From NCBI GenBank assembly GCA_022824865.1, contig JAJDZD010000072.1, forward strand, positions 70,848 through 134,847: a stretch of 64,000 nucleotides of DNA. The letters run 5' to 3'. The stretch comes from Chloroflexota bacterium. GTDB taxonomy: Bacteria > Chloroflexota > UBA11872. Made by a program: the position numbers and the translations under genes. Below are positions 48,429-58,262 of this stretch, one piece after another. Position 1 is the first letter of the stretch. Each line of letters opens with the position of its first letter. The notes below the pieces were generated by a model. That model ran no database searches. It was not told where the DNA came from and saw only the letters and a program-made list of their open reading frames with translations.

Positions 48429-48990
48429 CACCCCGTTCACGCCATCAGCGTCTCGATCGCTCAGCCCAACCCACCCGTCACGCCTAACCAACAGCCGACA
48501 AACCCCACACGCCGGCACAGCCCTCCACGCCCAGCGAGTTCACCGCACCCCCGGCACCCGTCGGTCACCCTGACACTTGCCCCTCGTCCTCCGAGAGTGT
48601 ACACTACTGGTACACCGTTCGCAACCTCACCCGGAGTCCCCATTGTCCACGCCACCAATCCGCCACCCACCATCGCCGGCCCCCGAAACAGCCGTCCGCG
48701 CCCAGTCGTCCAGCCCCCGGACCGCCATCAGCGCAGCGATTCGCCTGCTCTGGATCCTCCTCACCCTCACACCCCTCTCGCTCACCTGGATCCCCGCCAC
48801 TCTGGGTTTTCTCCCACCCGCGCTGCGCCCATCCCCCGACGCCGCCACTCCGCTCCCATCCCCGTCAAACCCACCCATCCACCCACCCCTACCCCACCGC
48901 CCAACCCCCGCATTGGCCTCGCCTCCCCGCACCAAATCGCCGCCCCCGAACGCCCTCCAGACCCCGCCAAAACACACCCCGCGCCGCCTC

Positions 48991-49014
48991 AAGAGTTTTT
49001 TGGAAAAAACTCTT
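48991..49014. promoter_or_regulatory. Perfect AT-rich palindrome AAGAGTTTTTT-gg-AAAAAACTCTT, 210 bp upstream of the isomerase/oxidoreductase/aminotransferase operon
   Basis: 11-bp inverted repeat with a 2-bp spacer, embedded in 65-70% GC pyrimidine-rich DNA. Candidate operator. It is a poor intrinsic terminator because the stem is AT-only. Confidence 0.4.
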
Positions 49015-49225
49015 ATGCGCGCGAGGCCCCCCATTTCGACCCCTCCAGCCACCCGCGTCAGCACCCACCCGCGGCTGCGGCCGCCGTTTCCCGTTCCTCC
49101 GTCCCCGTCTTCTCTCACTGCTCACTGCTCTCAGCTCACTCCTTCCGCCCCACCCGGCCTCGGTTGACATCCCACCCCACCCCGGCACGATTGACGCAGC
49201 CCGCATCCCGGAGCGCAACACCTCC

Positions 49226-50086
49226 ATGCCCTACCGCCTCGCCGCCCTCACCATCCCCTACGCCCGCGACGGCCTCTCCCGCCGCCGCGCCTACGCCGGC
49301 ATCGCCCGCGTCGGCTTCACCCACGTCGGTCTCTACGACCGCCACGACGAAGGCCCCCTCTGGCCCGATGGCGCCGATGCCTCCGCGGCCCGCGCCGCCG
49401 TCCAGCCCGCCCTTGACGCCGGCCTCCAGGTCGACCACAAGTCCCACGGCGGGGTCACTTCCGACCCCGGGGAACCCGAACGCTTCCTCATGGCCATCGA
49501 GCTCGCCGCCGAATCCGGCGTGCCCGCCCTGGTCTGCTGGGGCCCCTACGAATACCCGGCCGATGGTTTCCCCGACCATCCCAAGTCCGGTCCCGCCTGG
49601 CAGGCGGAGGTCGACGGCTTCTACGCCGCCTTTGAACCCGGCGTGCGCGCCGCCGAGGATGCGGGCGTCCTGCTGCTGCCCAAGCCCCACACGGGCGTCG
49701 GCAAGCACGGCGCCGCCCTGCGCGAGTTGCACGACCGCTTCGACTCGCCGGCGGTCGGCGTCTGTTACGACACCGGCAACGTCCACTATTACGAGGGCCT
49801 GGACCCGGTGGAGGACATCGCTCCCGTGGCCGGCCTCTGCCGCCAGCTCATCATGAAGGACCACATCGGCCCCCGCGGCGCGCCCGTCTTCCGCACTCCC
49901 GGCGACGGCGATATCGACCACCAGGCCGTCATTGCCAGGCTTGCCGCCGCCGGTTTCGACGGCACGCTGACCAACGAACGTGTGGACGTTTCGGGCGCCG
50001 AGGCGATCGACGTCGAACTCGGTCGCGCCCGCCGTCATATGCTGGCGGTGGCCGACGCCGCGTTCGGGGAGTCCACCGGTGCCTGA
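49226..50086 (+). CDS. Sugar phosphate isomerase/epimerase (xylose-isomerase-like TIM barrel)
   Basis: 286 aa with an AP-endonuclease-2/xylose-isomerase-like TIM-barrel pattern (metal-binding E/D/H positions, e.g. CYDTGNVHYYEG). Confidence 0.7.
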   Translation: MPYRLAALTIPYARDGLSRRRAYAGIARVGFTHVGLYDRHDEGPLWPDGADASAARAAVQPALDAGLQVDHKSHGGVTSDPGEPERFLMAIELAAESGVPALVCWGPYEYPADGFPDHPKSGPAWQAEVDGFYAAFEPGVRAAEDAGVLLLPKPHTGVGKHGAALRELHDRFDSPAVGVCYDTGNVHYYEGLDPVEDIAPVAGLCRQLIMKDHIGPRGAPVFRTPGDGDIDHQAVIARLAAAGFDGTLTNERVDVSGAEAIDVELGRARRHMLAVADAAFGESTGA

Positions 50087-51164
50087 GACTGTTGGCGTCG
50101 GCATGCTCGGCTACGGCTTCATGGCCGCCGCCCACCTGTCCGGCCTCAGGCAGGTGCCCGGCGCCCGCGTCACCGCCATCGCCGGCCCCAACCGGGAACG
50201 CGCCTCGACTGTGGCCGCCGCCCACGGCGTTCCGTCCGTCTACCCCGACGAGCACACGTTGCTGGCCGATCCGTCCGTTGACGCCGTCGTGATTACCTCA
50301 CCCGACGACCAGCACTACGCGCAGACCATGGCCTGCATCGAGGCCGGCAAGCATGTCTTCGTCGAGAAGCCGATCTCGCTGGACGCCATGCAGGCCCGCG
50401 AGATGTACATGGCCGCCATGTCGGCCGGCGTTCGGACGGGAGTCGGGTTCACCCTGCGTTGGAACCCGCTGATCGAGCGCATCGCCGCGATGGTCCAGGC
50501 CGGCGAGTTGGGCCAGTTAGTCAGCGTGCACTGCCAGCGGTTCAACCGGCGCTTGCTGGGCGACGTTCCCGTGATGGAGTGGCGCTACGACCCGAGCCGC
50601 GGCCGCAGCGGCGTCCTGGGCGACCTGGGCAGCCACATGATCGACCTGGCCCAGTTCCTGGCGGGACCGATTACCGCGGTGGCCGCCGACCTGAACACTG
50701 TGCGGCCGCACGCCCTGGATCCCGAGAGCGGCGCCGAGGTTCCGCTTACGCTGGACGACGATGCGGTGCTCAGCGTCCGCTTCGCCAGTGGCGCCCACGG
50801 CACGATTTCCACCAGCCGCGTCGGCGCCGTGGACTCGCACCTGCCGCTGGGCCGCAGCAGCTTCCTGATCAACGGCACGGAGGCCGGCGTGCTGACCGAC
50901 TGCGTTTTGCAGGCCACGATCAACCGGGTTGGGCAGGAGCCCGAACTGGTCGACCCCGGCCTGCCGCTGGACGACGCCGATCACGCCGGCATCCTGGCCT
51001 TTTTCGGCGAGCGCATGATGCGCGGCTTCGTGGACTCAATCCTTGAGGATCGCGACGTGCCGCCCACACTCATGGACGGACTGCGCACCCAGGAGGTCAT
51101 CGACTGTGCCCTGGAAGCCGCGCGGACCCGCCGCTGGGTTGACGTGCCCCCGACTCATGGCTGA
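50079..51164 (+). CDS. Gfo/Idh/MocA-family NAD(P)-dependent oxidoreductase
   Basis: GTG 50079 overlaps the upstream stop. N-terminal Rossmann GMLGYGFMAAAH, EKP motif (VFVEKPISLD) and a C-terminal alpha/beta domain. Confidence 0.8.
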   Translation: MPETVGVGMLGYGFMAAAHLSGLRQVPGARVTAIAGPNRERASTVAAAHGVPSVYPDEHTLLADPSVDAVVITSPDDQHYAQTMACIEAGKHVFVEKPISLDAMQAREMYMAAMSAGVRTGVGFTLRWNPLIERIAAMVQAGELGQLVSVHCQRFNRRLLGDVPVMEWRYDPSRGRSGVLGDLGSHMIDLAQFLAGPITAVAADLNTVRPHALDPESGAEVPLTLDDDAVLSVRFASGAHGTISTSRVGAVDSHLPLGRSSFLINGTEAGVLTDCVLQATINRVGQEPELVDPGLPLDDADHAGILAFFGERMMRGFVDSILEDRDVPPTLMDGLRTQEVIDCALEAARTRRWVDVPPTHG

Positions 51165-52326
51165 CACCAGCACGTTTGCCAAGTTGAGGGAGGCGATTCC
51201 CGCCATCCGCCACTACCACTGCCTCAACTCGGGCGGCGTCGCGCCGACTCCGCAAGCCACGATCGATCTGCAGCAGGCGCTATACGACCGCGAAGCGGTT
51301 ATGACCACGACGAATCCCGACCTGCGTGAGATCTACAGCAAGGAACTCGCTGCGCTGCGAAGCGAAATTGCGGTGCTTATCAACGCCGACCCCGATGAGA
51401 TCGCACTCATCCGCGCCGTCTCCGAGGCCGTCTCATTCGTCGCCGCCGCCCTCCGGTTGCAGCGCGGCGACCGGGTCATCCTCACGGCCGCGGAGCATCC
51501 CAGCGGCTACCTGGCCTGGCTGACGCTGCGGGATCGGATTGGTTTGGAACTCGTGGCCATCGAAGCCGACGGCCATGACGATGCCTTTGTGAGCGACGTG
51601 GAAAAGGCGATGACGCCGAACACGCGCGCGTTCTGCCTGAGCCACGTCACCACGGAGCGCGGCATTGTGTTGCCGGTGGACAGGGTGTCCGCGCTGGCCC
51701 GCGAGCGCGGCGTCGTGACCGTGGTGGACGCCGCCCAGTCCTTCGGCGCTCGGCCCACCGACATGCGGCAGCTTGGCTGCGACGTGTACACCTTCCCCGC
51801 CTTCAAGTGGAGCATGGGTCCCTACGGCGTGGGCGCCATGTACGTGCGTCGCGACGCCCAGAAGCGTCTGCATCCCTGGGGCAGCGGGGCCGGGGCGGTG
51901 TCGCAGTCGAGCTTCCCGCCCGGCGAGGCCCATCTGCACGAGAACGCCCAGCGCTATGAGTTTGGGGCCCGGCCCTTTGCCCTCTACGCGGCCTGGCGCG
52001 CCTCGATCAAGATCCTCGGTGACCTGGGACTTGAAGCCATCCAGCAGCGCAGCGCGGCACAGGCGGCCGAGGCTCGAGCGGTGTTCAGCGACCTGCCCGG
52101 CGCCAGTATCCGAACACCCGAGCAAGGCGATGCGCGCTCAGGGATCTTCACGGTCGGGCTGGAAGGCGCCGACGGCATGGCGCTGGCCAACCACTGTCTG
52201 AAAGCTCACCGCATCCTCTGCCGAGCGGCGGACCATCACACGGCGGTGCGCCTCTCCTTCCACGCCTTCAACGACGCGAGCGACATCCAGGCGGCGGCCA
52301 ACGCCTTCGAGGACTTCCCGGCCTAG
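51157..52326 (+). CDS. Aminotransferase class V (cysteine desulfurase/isopenicillin-N-epimerase-like PLP enzyme)
   Basis: Start ATG 51157 overlaps the upstream stop by 8 nt. Fold-type I PLP pattern with a lysine in TFPAFKWSMGPYGVGAMYV. Confidence 0.7.
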   Translation: MADTSTFAKLREAIPAIRHYHCLNSGGVAPTPQATIDLQQALYDREAVMTTTNPDLREIYSKELAALRSEIAVLINADPDEIALIRAVSEAVSFVAAALRLQRGDRVILTAAEHPSGYLAWLTLRDRIGLELVAIEADGHDDAFVSDVEKAMTPNTRAFCLSHVTTERGIVLPVDRVSALARERGVVTVVDAAQSFGARPTDMRQLGCDVYTFPAFKWSMGPYGVGAMYVRRDAQKRLHPWGSGAGAVSQSSFPPGEAHLHENAQRYEFGARPFALYAAWRASIKILGDLGLEAIQQRSAAQAAEARAVFSDLPGASIRTPEQGDARSGIFTVGLEGADGMALANHCLKAHRILCRAADHHTAVRLSFHAFNDASDIQAAANAFEDFPA

Positions 52327-52814
52327 ACCCCGCGAATCTGCTCGAGGCTGCGGGCCATGGCGATGGCGGCAAGGGCCGCGTCGCCGCCGCGGTTGCCGAA
52401 CTTGCCGCCGCAGCGGTTGATGGCCTGCTCGACTGTTTCGGCGGTCACGATCCCGTAGATCACCGGCGTCTTGGAGTTCAGCGCCACCTGGGCGATTCCC
52501 CGCGCCGACTCCTGCGCGACGTGGTCGTAATGCGTGGTTTCCCCACGGATGATGCAGCCCAGGCAGATCACAACATCCGGCTTCTCGGCCTCGATCAGGT
52601 CCCGCGCCGCCACCGGCAACTCGAAGGAACCCGGAACCCAGGCGATCGTCTGGTCGCCCTCGGCCACGCCGTGACGCCGCAGTTCGCGCTGGCAGGCCTC
52701 CAACAGGTGGCTCACGAAGAACTCGTTGAAGCGCGCGGCGGCGATGCTCACCCGCAACCCTTCGCCGTCCAGCGGCGGATCGATCACTCGCGATTCGTTC
52801 GTTTGCTCGCTCAT
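52323..52814 (-). CDS. ribH: 6,7-dimethyl-8-ribityllumazine synthase
   Basis: Start ATG 52814 (MSEQTNESRV...). RVSIAAARFNEFFVSHLLEAC and WVPGSFELP lumazine synthase motifs. Overlaps the ribBA stop. Confidence 0.85.
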   Translation of the reverse strand: MSEQTNESRVIDPPLDGEGLRVSIAAARFNEFFVSHLLEACQRELRRHGVAEGDQTIAWVPGSFELPVAARDLIEAEKPDVVICLGCIIRGETTHYDHVAQESARGIAQVALNSKTPVIYGIVTAETVEQAINRCGGKFGNRGGDAALAAIAMARSLEQIRGV

Positions 52815-54004
52815 AGCTCGTGCCCCATTCGTGCGCGCTTGGTTTCCAGGTAGCGGCGGTTGTGCGCGCCCGGCTCCACTGCCAGTGGCAACTGTTCGAC
52901 GACCTTCAGTCCGTAGGCCCGGAAGCCTGCGGTTTTCTTGGGGTTGTTGGTCAGCAGGCGCAGGCCGCTGATGCCAAGCTCGCGCAGGATCTGCGCGCCG
53001 ACGCCGTAGTCGCGCAGGTCGGCGGCGAATCCCAGGTGACGGTTGGCGTCCACGGTGTCCAGGCCCCGATCTTGCAGTTCGTAGGTGCGCAGCTTGTTGG
53101 CCAAGCCGATGCCGCGGCCTTCCTGCCGCATGTACAGCACCACGCCGCGGCCTTCGTTGGCGATCCTCGCCAGGGCGGCGTCCAGCTGGTCGCCGCAGTC
53201 GCAGCGCATCGAGCCGAAGACGTCGCCGGTGAGGCACTCGGAATGCACTCGCACCAGCGGCGGCGAGTCTCCGGTCAGATCGCCAAGCGTCAGCGCCACG
53301 TGGTCTTCTCCGGTTGTCGTGTCATGAAAGGCCACGGCCTGGAAGGACCCACTGGCCGTCGGCAATTTGGCGGCGGCGACCTGATAGACGACGCGCTCAT
53401 TGGCCCGCCGGTGGTGGACGATCTGGCTGATGCGCACGACGGGGATGCGTGAATCGCCCGATGTCGAGGTCAGCCAGGGTTCCTGGAAGGCTGCGGCGTC
53501 CGGCGTGTCGACGTGTGAGAGCACGGCCACGGGCGCAAGTCCCGCCAGCACGGACAGGTCGACGGCGGCTTCAGTGTGTCCCAGGCGTCGGAGTACGCCA
53601 CCTTCGCGTGCCCGAATCGGCGTGACGGGACCTGGCGATTGGAAGTCGGCGCCATTGCGAATGGACGCCAGGGCCCGCACCACCGCGGCCGTTTGCTCGT
53701 CGCCGGTCGCCGCAGAATCGTCGGCGAGGCCCACGGATGCGGCCAGCGCCGGGCGCCGTGCCAGCGGGTCTTCCGAATCCGGCAGCTGTTCGGTTAGCCC
53801 AAGATCGTCGAGCCGGCGTGCGGCGGCAGGGGCGTAAATCTCGCCGTTGCCCAGGTCGCGCAGGTGGTTCAAGGTCTCGGCTCGCAGGTTCTCACCGGCT
53901 GCCACAACGTCCAGATCCGGTTGCGCCAGGCCGTCGTCGACGACCGCCACAATGCCGCCGCGCCTGATGCACTCAGTCGCGGTGGCAACCGCGTTGTGGG
54001 TCAT
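52811..54004 (-). CDS. ribBA: Bifunctional 3,4-dihydroxy-2-butanone-4-phosphate synthase / GTP cyclohydrolase II
   Basis: DHBP synthase N-half (VVDDGLAQPDLDVV..) and GTP cyclohydrolase II C-half with a CxxC zinc site (CLTGDVFGSMRCDCG). Confidence 0.9.
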   Translation of the reverse strand: MTHNAVATATECIRRGGIVAVVDDGLAQPDLDVVAAGENLRAETLNHLRDLGNGEIYAPAAARRLDDLGLTEQLPDSEDPLARRPALAASVGLADDSAATGDEQTAAVVRALASIRNGADFQSPGPVTPIRAREGGVLRRLGHTEAAVDLSVLAGLAPVAVLSHVDTPDAAAFQEPWLTSTSGDSRIPVVRISQIVHHRRANERVVYQVAAAKLPTASGSFQAVAFHDTTTGEDHVALTLGDLTGDSPPLVRVHSECLTGDVFGSMRCDCGDQLDAALARIANEGRGVVLYMRQEGRGIGLANKLRTYELQDRGLDTVDANRHLGFAADLRDYGVGAQILRELGISGLRLLTNNPKKTAGFRAYGLKVVEQLPLAVEPGAHNRRYLETKRARMGHEL

Positions 54005-54651
54005 CGTGTTTCGTCCAGCTTGTAGCCGGCGGCCCGCAACTGTTCGATGGATGGACCACTCTCTTGCTCGGGCTCCGGCACGCGTCCGTACTTGGCCAGG
54101 ATGTCGACTTCAAGGTTGGCCCGGTAGCCGATTGGCGCGTGGCCCAGGGTGACGGAACGCAACGTGTGCGGGATCAGAGCCACTGCGAACGTCGCTTCGT
54201 GCGGATCGACGACGGTCAGGCTTGCGCCGTCGAGCGCCACGAAGCCCTTGGAGACGATGTACCGCATGAGGTCCGGTGGGACGGCAAATCGCACGAGGTC
54301 CGAGTCGCCGTCAGGTTGGCGTTCGATCAGTTCGGCCGTGGCATCCACGTGGCCCTGCACGTAGTGCCCGCCCATGCGGTCGCCGTAGGCGAGCGGGCGT
54401 TCCAGGTTGACGGGACTGTCGACGGCGAGCTGACCGAGGTTCGTCAGTCGCAGAGTCTCGGGGACGGCCTCCACTGAAATCTCGTTAATCGTCACGTTGA
54501 CGGCGGTCAGGCAGGCGCCGTTGACCGCGATGGAGTCGCCGACGCGCACACCGCCGGCGCAGATGTCCGACCGAAGGGTGAGCCGGCGTAAGCCCTCGGC
54601 GTCCTCTAAGCGAACTACGCGTCCGAGGTCCTCAACGATGCCGGTGAACAC
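54001..54651 (-). CDS. ribE: Riboflavin synthase alpha subunit
   Basis: MFTGIVEDLG start and duplicated lumazine-binding half-domains (SLTV.. twice). Confidence 0.85.
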   Translation of the reverse strand: MFTGIVEDLGRVVRLEDAEGLRRLTLRSDICAGGVRVGDSIAVNGACLTAVNVTINEISVEAVPETLRLTNLGQLAVDSPVNLERPLAYGDRMGGHYVQGHVDATAELIERQPDGDSDLVRFAVPPDLMRYIVSKGFVALDGASLTVVDPHEATFAVALIPHTLRSVTLGHAPIGYRANLEVDILAKYGRVPEPEQESGPSIEQLRAAGYKLDETR

Positions 54652-54652
54652 T

Positions 54653-55738
54653 TCAGTTCACCGCCGGTCCGTAGCGCTGCAGGTCGCCCTCGATCAGGGT
54701 GTCCTCGCCGACGCTGCTCAGCTGCGGGCGGTCCAGCAGTGATTCGACATCAGCGGGCGCTGAGAGGCCGTCCCGCATGGTCCAGGGCGCGACGAAGACC
54801 GCTAGGCTGTCGACGGCGCCGGTGGCCAGAAATGCCCCGGTAAGGGTTGGTCCGGCCTCAAGCAGCACGGTAGAGAGACGAAGTGCGCCAAGGGCCTCCA
54901 ACGCTGCATTGATGTCAACGCGTCCGGCGGCTGTGTGCGGGCAGATCAGCACCTCAGCGCCGGCTTCGTTGAGTTGGCCGACGCGCTGGGATGGCACGGC
55001 TGCCGTTGTCAGTATGAGCGAGCGGCCGTCGTGACCAACGACTCGAGACGACGGCGAGGTGCGCGCCAGGGAATCAACAACCACGCGGAGGGGCTGCCGG
55101 CCGTCGGTGGGCGGCGGGCGCACGGTGAGGCGCGAGTCGTCGACCAGAATCGAATCGACGCCGGTGATGATGGCGTCGGCCGCGTTGCGCATTGCGTGGA
55201 CGCGCCGCCAGGCGGAATCGCCGGTGATCCGGCCGCCGCCGGACGGCCTGGCAACCTTGCCGTCTGAGGTCACGGCCCACTTGGCAGTCACGTAGGGACG
55301 GCCGGTGTCGGCGAGCTTGAAGTGACCCTGTGCGAGGTCGCTGGCCGCCCGCGCGCCGACGCCGGTCACGACTTGCACCCCGTGACCGCGCAGGTAGTCG
55401 AAGCCGCCGCCGCGGACTCCGGGGTTCGTGTCGGGAATCGCCGCGACTACGCGCCTGATGCCGGCGCGCAGGATCGCCTCGGTGCATGGGGGCGTGTGTC
55501 CGTGGTGATTGCAGGGTTCGAGCGTGACGGCCAGCGTGGCGCCGCGCGCGCGGGGACCGGCGGCCCGCAAGGCCATGACTTCGGCGTGGTCGCCTCCGGC
55601 TGGTTGGGTGGCGCCTTCGCCGAGGATGGTTCCATCGTTATCGACGACGACGGCGCCAACCGGTGGGTTGGGGTGCGTACGGCCCCGCGCCTGGCGCGCC
55701 ACATCCAGGGCACGAGCCATGGCGGACTCGTGTCTCAT
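54653..55738 (-). CDS. ribD: Bifunctional diaminohydroxyphosphoribosylaminopyrimidine deaminase / 5-amino-6-(5-phosphoribosylamino)uracil reductase
   Basis: CMP/dCMP deaminase zinc motif (HAEVMAL...PCNHHGHTPPC) and C-terminal RibD reductase domain. Confidence 0.85.
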   Translation of the reverse strand: MRHESAMARALDVARQARGRTHPNPPVGAVVVDNDGTILGEGATQPAGGDHAEVMALRAAGPRARGATLAVTLEPCNHHGHTPPCTEAILRAGIRRVVAAIPDTNPGVRGGGFDYLRGHGVQVVTGVGARAASDLAQGHFKLADTGRPYVTAKWAVTSDGKVARPSGGGRITGDSAWRRVHAMRNAADAIITGVDSILVDDSRLTVRPPPTDGRQPLRVVVDSLARTSPSSRVVGHDGRSLILTTAAVPSQRVGQLNEAGAEVLICPHTAAGRVDINAALEALGALRLSTVLLEAGPTLTGAFLATGAVDSLAVFVAPWTMRDGLSAPADVESLLDRPQLSSVGEDTLIEGDLQRYGPAVN

Positions 55739-55842
55739 TGCGGCGTGGGCGCTCTGGCGTTCGCTCAGGGCAGTCGTCAGGTCGCGGGCCCCCGACGCGT
55801 CGAACCGCCGGGGCGCGGACGTGCACGCGTAGCACGCCCACG

Positions 55843-55986
55843 GCGCCTTCTCCCTTCCGGACTGTACCGTCGGCTCCGGATTCGCACCGGATCAGCCGGC
55901 GAACGCCGGCTCGCGGGCTTGGCCTCGGGCCTCACCGCCGGTCGGGAATTTCCAGGCGCGAGCGCCGGGATCACCCTGCCCCGAAG
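55843..55986 (-). ncRNA. FMN riboswitch (RFN element) leader of the rib operon
   Basis: Minus-strand sequence reads GGGGCAGGGTGA..GGAAATTCCCGACCGGCGGTGAGG...GGTGCGAATCCGGAGCCGACGGTACAGTCCGGAAGGGAGAAGG. It contains the conserved RFN cores GGGCAGGGTGAAATTCCCGACCGGCGGT and GATTC.GAGCCGACGGTA.AGTCCGGA.GGGAGAAGG. Located about 105 nt upstream of the ribD start. Confidence 0.75.
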
Positions 55987-56090
55987 GCACGTATGTGCGT
56001 GGGTCAAGCATACGCCCGTGCATCGCGGCGTCCAATCGCCGCCGTATGCTCCGACAACGAACATACGACTGTCGGCCGGAGCGAGGCGTG

Positions 56091-56735
56091 ATGATGCCGG
56101 ACGATCACATCGTGATCGGGTTGACCGGAAACCTGGGCGCCGGCAAGTCGACCGTCGGGCGGATTGCGGGTGAGTTGGGCGCGCGCGTCATCGATTCCGA
56201 TCAGACAGTGCGCGACCTGCTGGCGAACGATCCGGAGTTGGCGGGGAGCATCCGAAACGCGTTTGGCTCCGAGGTCATGCTGGACGGCCGACCGGACCGT
56301 GCGGCGCTGGCGGGGATCGTGTTCAACGATTCGGACGCCCTCGCGCGCCTGGAAGAACTCATCTATCCGCGGGTCGGTGAGCGAACGGCCGAATTGTTGG
56401 CGGAACCGACCACGGCGCCCGCCACCATCATTGAGGCCATCAAGGTGGTAGAGGGTCCGAGCGTGCAACGGTTGGACGCTCTGTGGATCGTGGAATCGAC
56501 GCCTGAACTCCAGGTCGAGCGAGCGGCTGCCACGGGTCGCATCACGCCGGCCGAGGCGCGCCGCCGAATGGCCGTGCAATCCAGCGCCGACGACAAGGAA
56601 CGCCTGTTCAGGAACCGACGACCTGGACGACCCGTTTGGCGCATCGACAACAGCGCCGACCTGAAGGCGCTGCAGGAGCGAGTCGCGCTCGTGTGGCAGG
56701 AGAGCCTGGCGCTCTCTACCGAACCGCCGAAGTAG
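56091..56735 (+). CDS. coaE: Dephospho-CoA kinase
   Basis: MMPDDHIVIGLTGNLGAGKSTV (P-loop GxxGxGKST) and the CoaE fold. Confidence 0.8.
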   Translation: MMPDDHIVIGLTGNLGAGKSTVGRIAGELGARVIDSDQTVRDLLANDPELAGSIRNAFGSEVMLDGRPDRAALAGIVFNDSDALARLEELIYPRVGERTAELLAEPTTAPATIIEAIKVVEGPSVQRLDALWIVESTPELQVERAAATGRITPAEARRRMAVQSSADDKERLFRNRRPGRPVWRIDNSADLKALQERVALVWQESLALSTEPPK

Positions 56736-56777
56736 CCGTCCCGTCAGCGACCGCGTAGGGCGGTCAGAAGCGTCGGC

Positions 56778-57764
56778 TCAGGCGCAGAGTTCGTGGCTGT
56801 TGTCCCAGCGGTGGGCGCGGATCGGCACTGGGTTGTCCATGAGCCGATGCAGCGTGTCCTCCCACGACTGCTTCCAGGCCGCTGCGTCGTGCAACTCCGT
56901 CTCCGGGTTCGCGCGGCTGCGCGCCACCCAGCTTGGGAAGTAGGTGCGACCGGTGGATTGGCCGGTGGGGTTGTAGCGCAGGTCAAAGCTCCAGCGGACG
57001 CTATCGCTGTGATTGGTCAGCGAGGCGTGCATGCAACCCTTGTGCATCAGCAGCACGTCGCCCGGCGACATGGGCAGCGGCCTGGCGCGTTCCTTGGGAA
57101 TCAACTGGGTCGGAATGGTGGTCGCATTGAGCCCTCGCTCGTTGGGCATCGTGCAGTGCACCTGCAGGCCGTCCCGGTAACTTCCGGGCACGACCATCAG
57201 GCAGCCGTTGCGCTCCGTGGCTTCGGTTAGCGGCAACCAGACCGTGAGCATATTGGTGTCGTCGGCTTCCTCGTGGACCACGCCGTTGTCCTGGTGCCAG
57301 CCGGTGGTCGTGACCAGGCCGGTTCCCTCGTTCTTGGTGACGTAGCGTTCCGGCGGCTTGATGCGCACGTGCTGGACCGGGTTGGAGGTGATCTCGGGGC
57401 CGATCAAGGACTCAACGGCGTCCAGCAAGCGCTCGTTGCGCAGCAGGGCAAATACGGCCGGTCCAAAGTGGTATTTGGTGTCCGAATTGATCGAGGCGGT
57501 GTTGATCGGAATGGTGATGTCGAACGGCCGTGGGTCAAGCAGCCCGGCTTCGCGGGTGATGGCGATCGTGCGCCGGTCAAAGGGCAACTCGTCATAGGTG
57601 CTGGAGATCTCGCCGTCGCGGAACATGCGCTCGGCTTCCCGGTCGAGAATCTCGGCGTACTCGTCCATGACCGGTTGCAGGTCCTCTTCGGGGGACAAGA
57701 TGCCGCGGGCGACGACGAATCCGTCGCGGTCGAAATCGGCCAGTTGTTCGGCTGTGAGGTGCAT
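56778..57764 (-). CDS. Phytanoyl-CoA dioxygenase (PhyH)-family Fe(II)/2-oxoglutarate oxygenase
   Basis: PhyH family pattern with an HxD...H facial triad (WHQDNGVV ... HKGCMHAS). Confidence 0.7.
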   Translation of the reverse strand: MHLTAEQLADFDRDGFVVARGILSPEEDLQPVMDEYAEILDREAERMFRDGEISSTYDELPFDRRTIAITREAGLLDPRPFDITIPINTASINSDTKYHFGPAVFALLRNERLLDAVESLIGPEITSNPVQHVRIKPPERYVTKNEGTGLVTTTGWHQDNGVVHEEADDTNMLTVWLPLTEATERNGCLMVVPGSYRDGLQVHCTMPNERGLNATTIPTQLIPKERARPLPMSPGDVLLMHKGCMHASLTNHSDSVRWSFDLRYNPTGQSTGRTYFPSWVARSRANPETELHDAAAWKQSWEDTLHRLMDNPVPIRAHRWDNSHELCA

Positions 57765-57854
57765 GGTGGTATATCGGAGTCGAAGTTCTTGAGAGTCTAG
57801 CCCAAACCGACGGGCATTTTGCGACTTTGGCCGGGTTTATTCGGTGCCTTCTGC

Positions 57855-58154
57855 CTAGGTTCGGCTGAGTGCCACGAGCAGGATGGCCGCGGCGAATCCG
57901 CCGACTCCAACGGCGATCGCCAGGGCACTGCTGAAAAGCAGCACCCCGGCGGACTGTCCGCGCTGCCCGCTGGGATTCGGCGCGTTCAAGGCCAGGTAGG
58001 CGGCGAGGGCCACGATCGCTGCTACGAGTATGGCGCCGCCCGCCCGCACGTTCTCGATGAGGAAGTACGTTCCGGCCAGCACGACTCCGAACGCCAGCGC
58101 ACTGGCCACCAGCGTGCGCCGCCAGCGAATTCTCAGGTTCACGAAATCGAGCAT
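57855..58154 (-). CDS. Small 3-TM membrane protein (weak)
   Basis: 99-aa hydrophobic ORF. It occupies the region that the six-frame track assigns to an N-terminal extension of the TPP enzyme. Confidence 0.35.
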   Translation of the reverse strand: MLDFVNLRIRWRRTLVASALAFGVVLAGTYFLIENVRAGGAILVAAIVALAAYLALNAPNPSGQRGQSAGVLLFSSALAIAVGVGGFAAAILLVALSRT

Positions 58155-58262
58155 ACGCTAGCCATTGCGCTGTCTTTGGGGGCTCCGGTTGCCGTGCCGG
58201 GTGCGGCGTGTCACCGTAGGCGCACGACCGCTCGGAAGCGCGTGCCCGGAAGGACGAACGAC

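Noticed and set aside
48597-49856. 419-aa Pro-rich ORF
   Set aside because: It is a translation of the pyrimidine-rich non-coding tract. Its 3-prime half overlaps the well-supported sugar-phosphate isomerase gene in another frame.
57819-58262. N-terminal 148-aa extension of the TPP enzyme ORF
   Set aside because: The extension has no family similarity and is antisense to a hydrophobic small ORF. The conserved TPP-enzyme N-terminus begins at GTG 58263.
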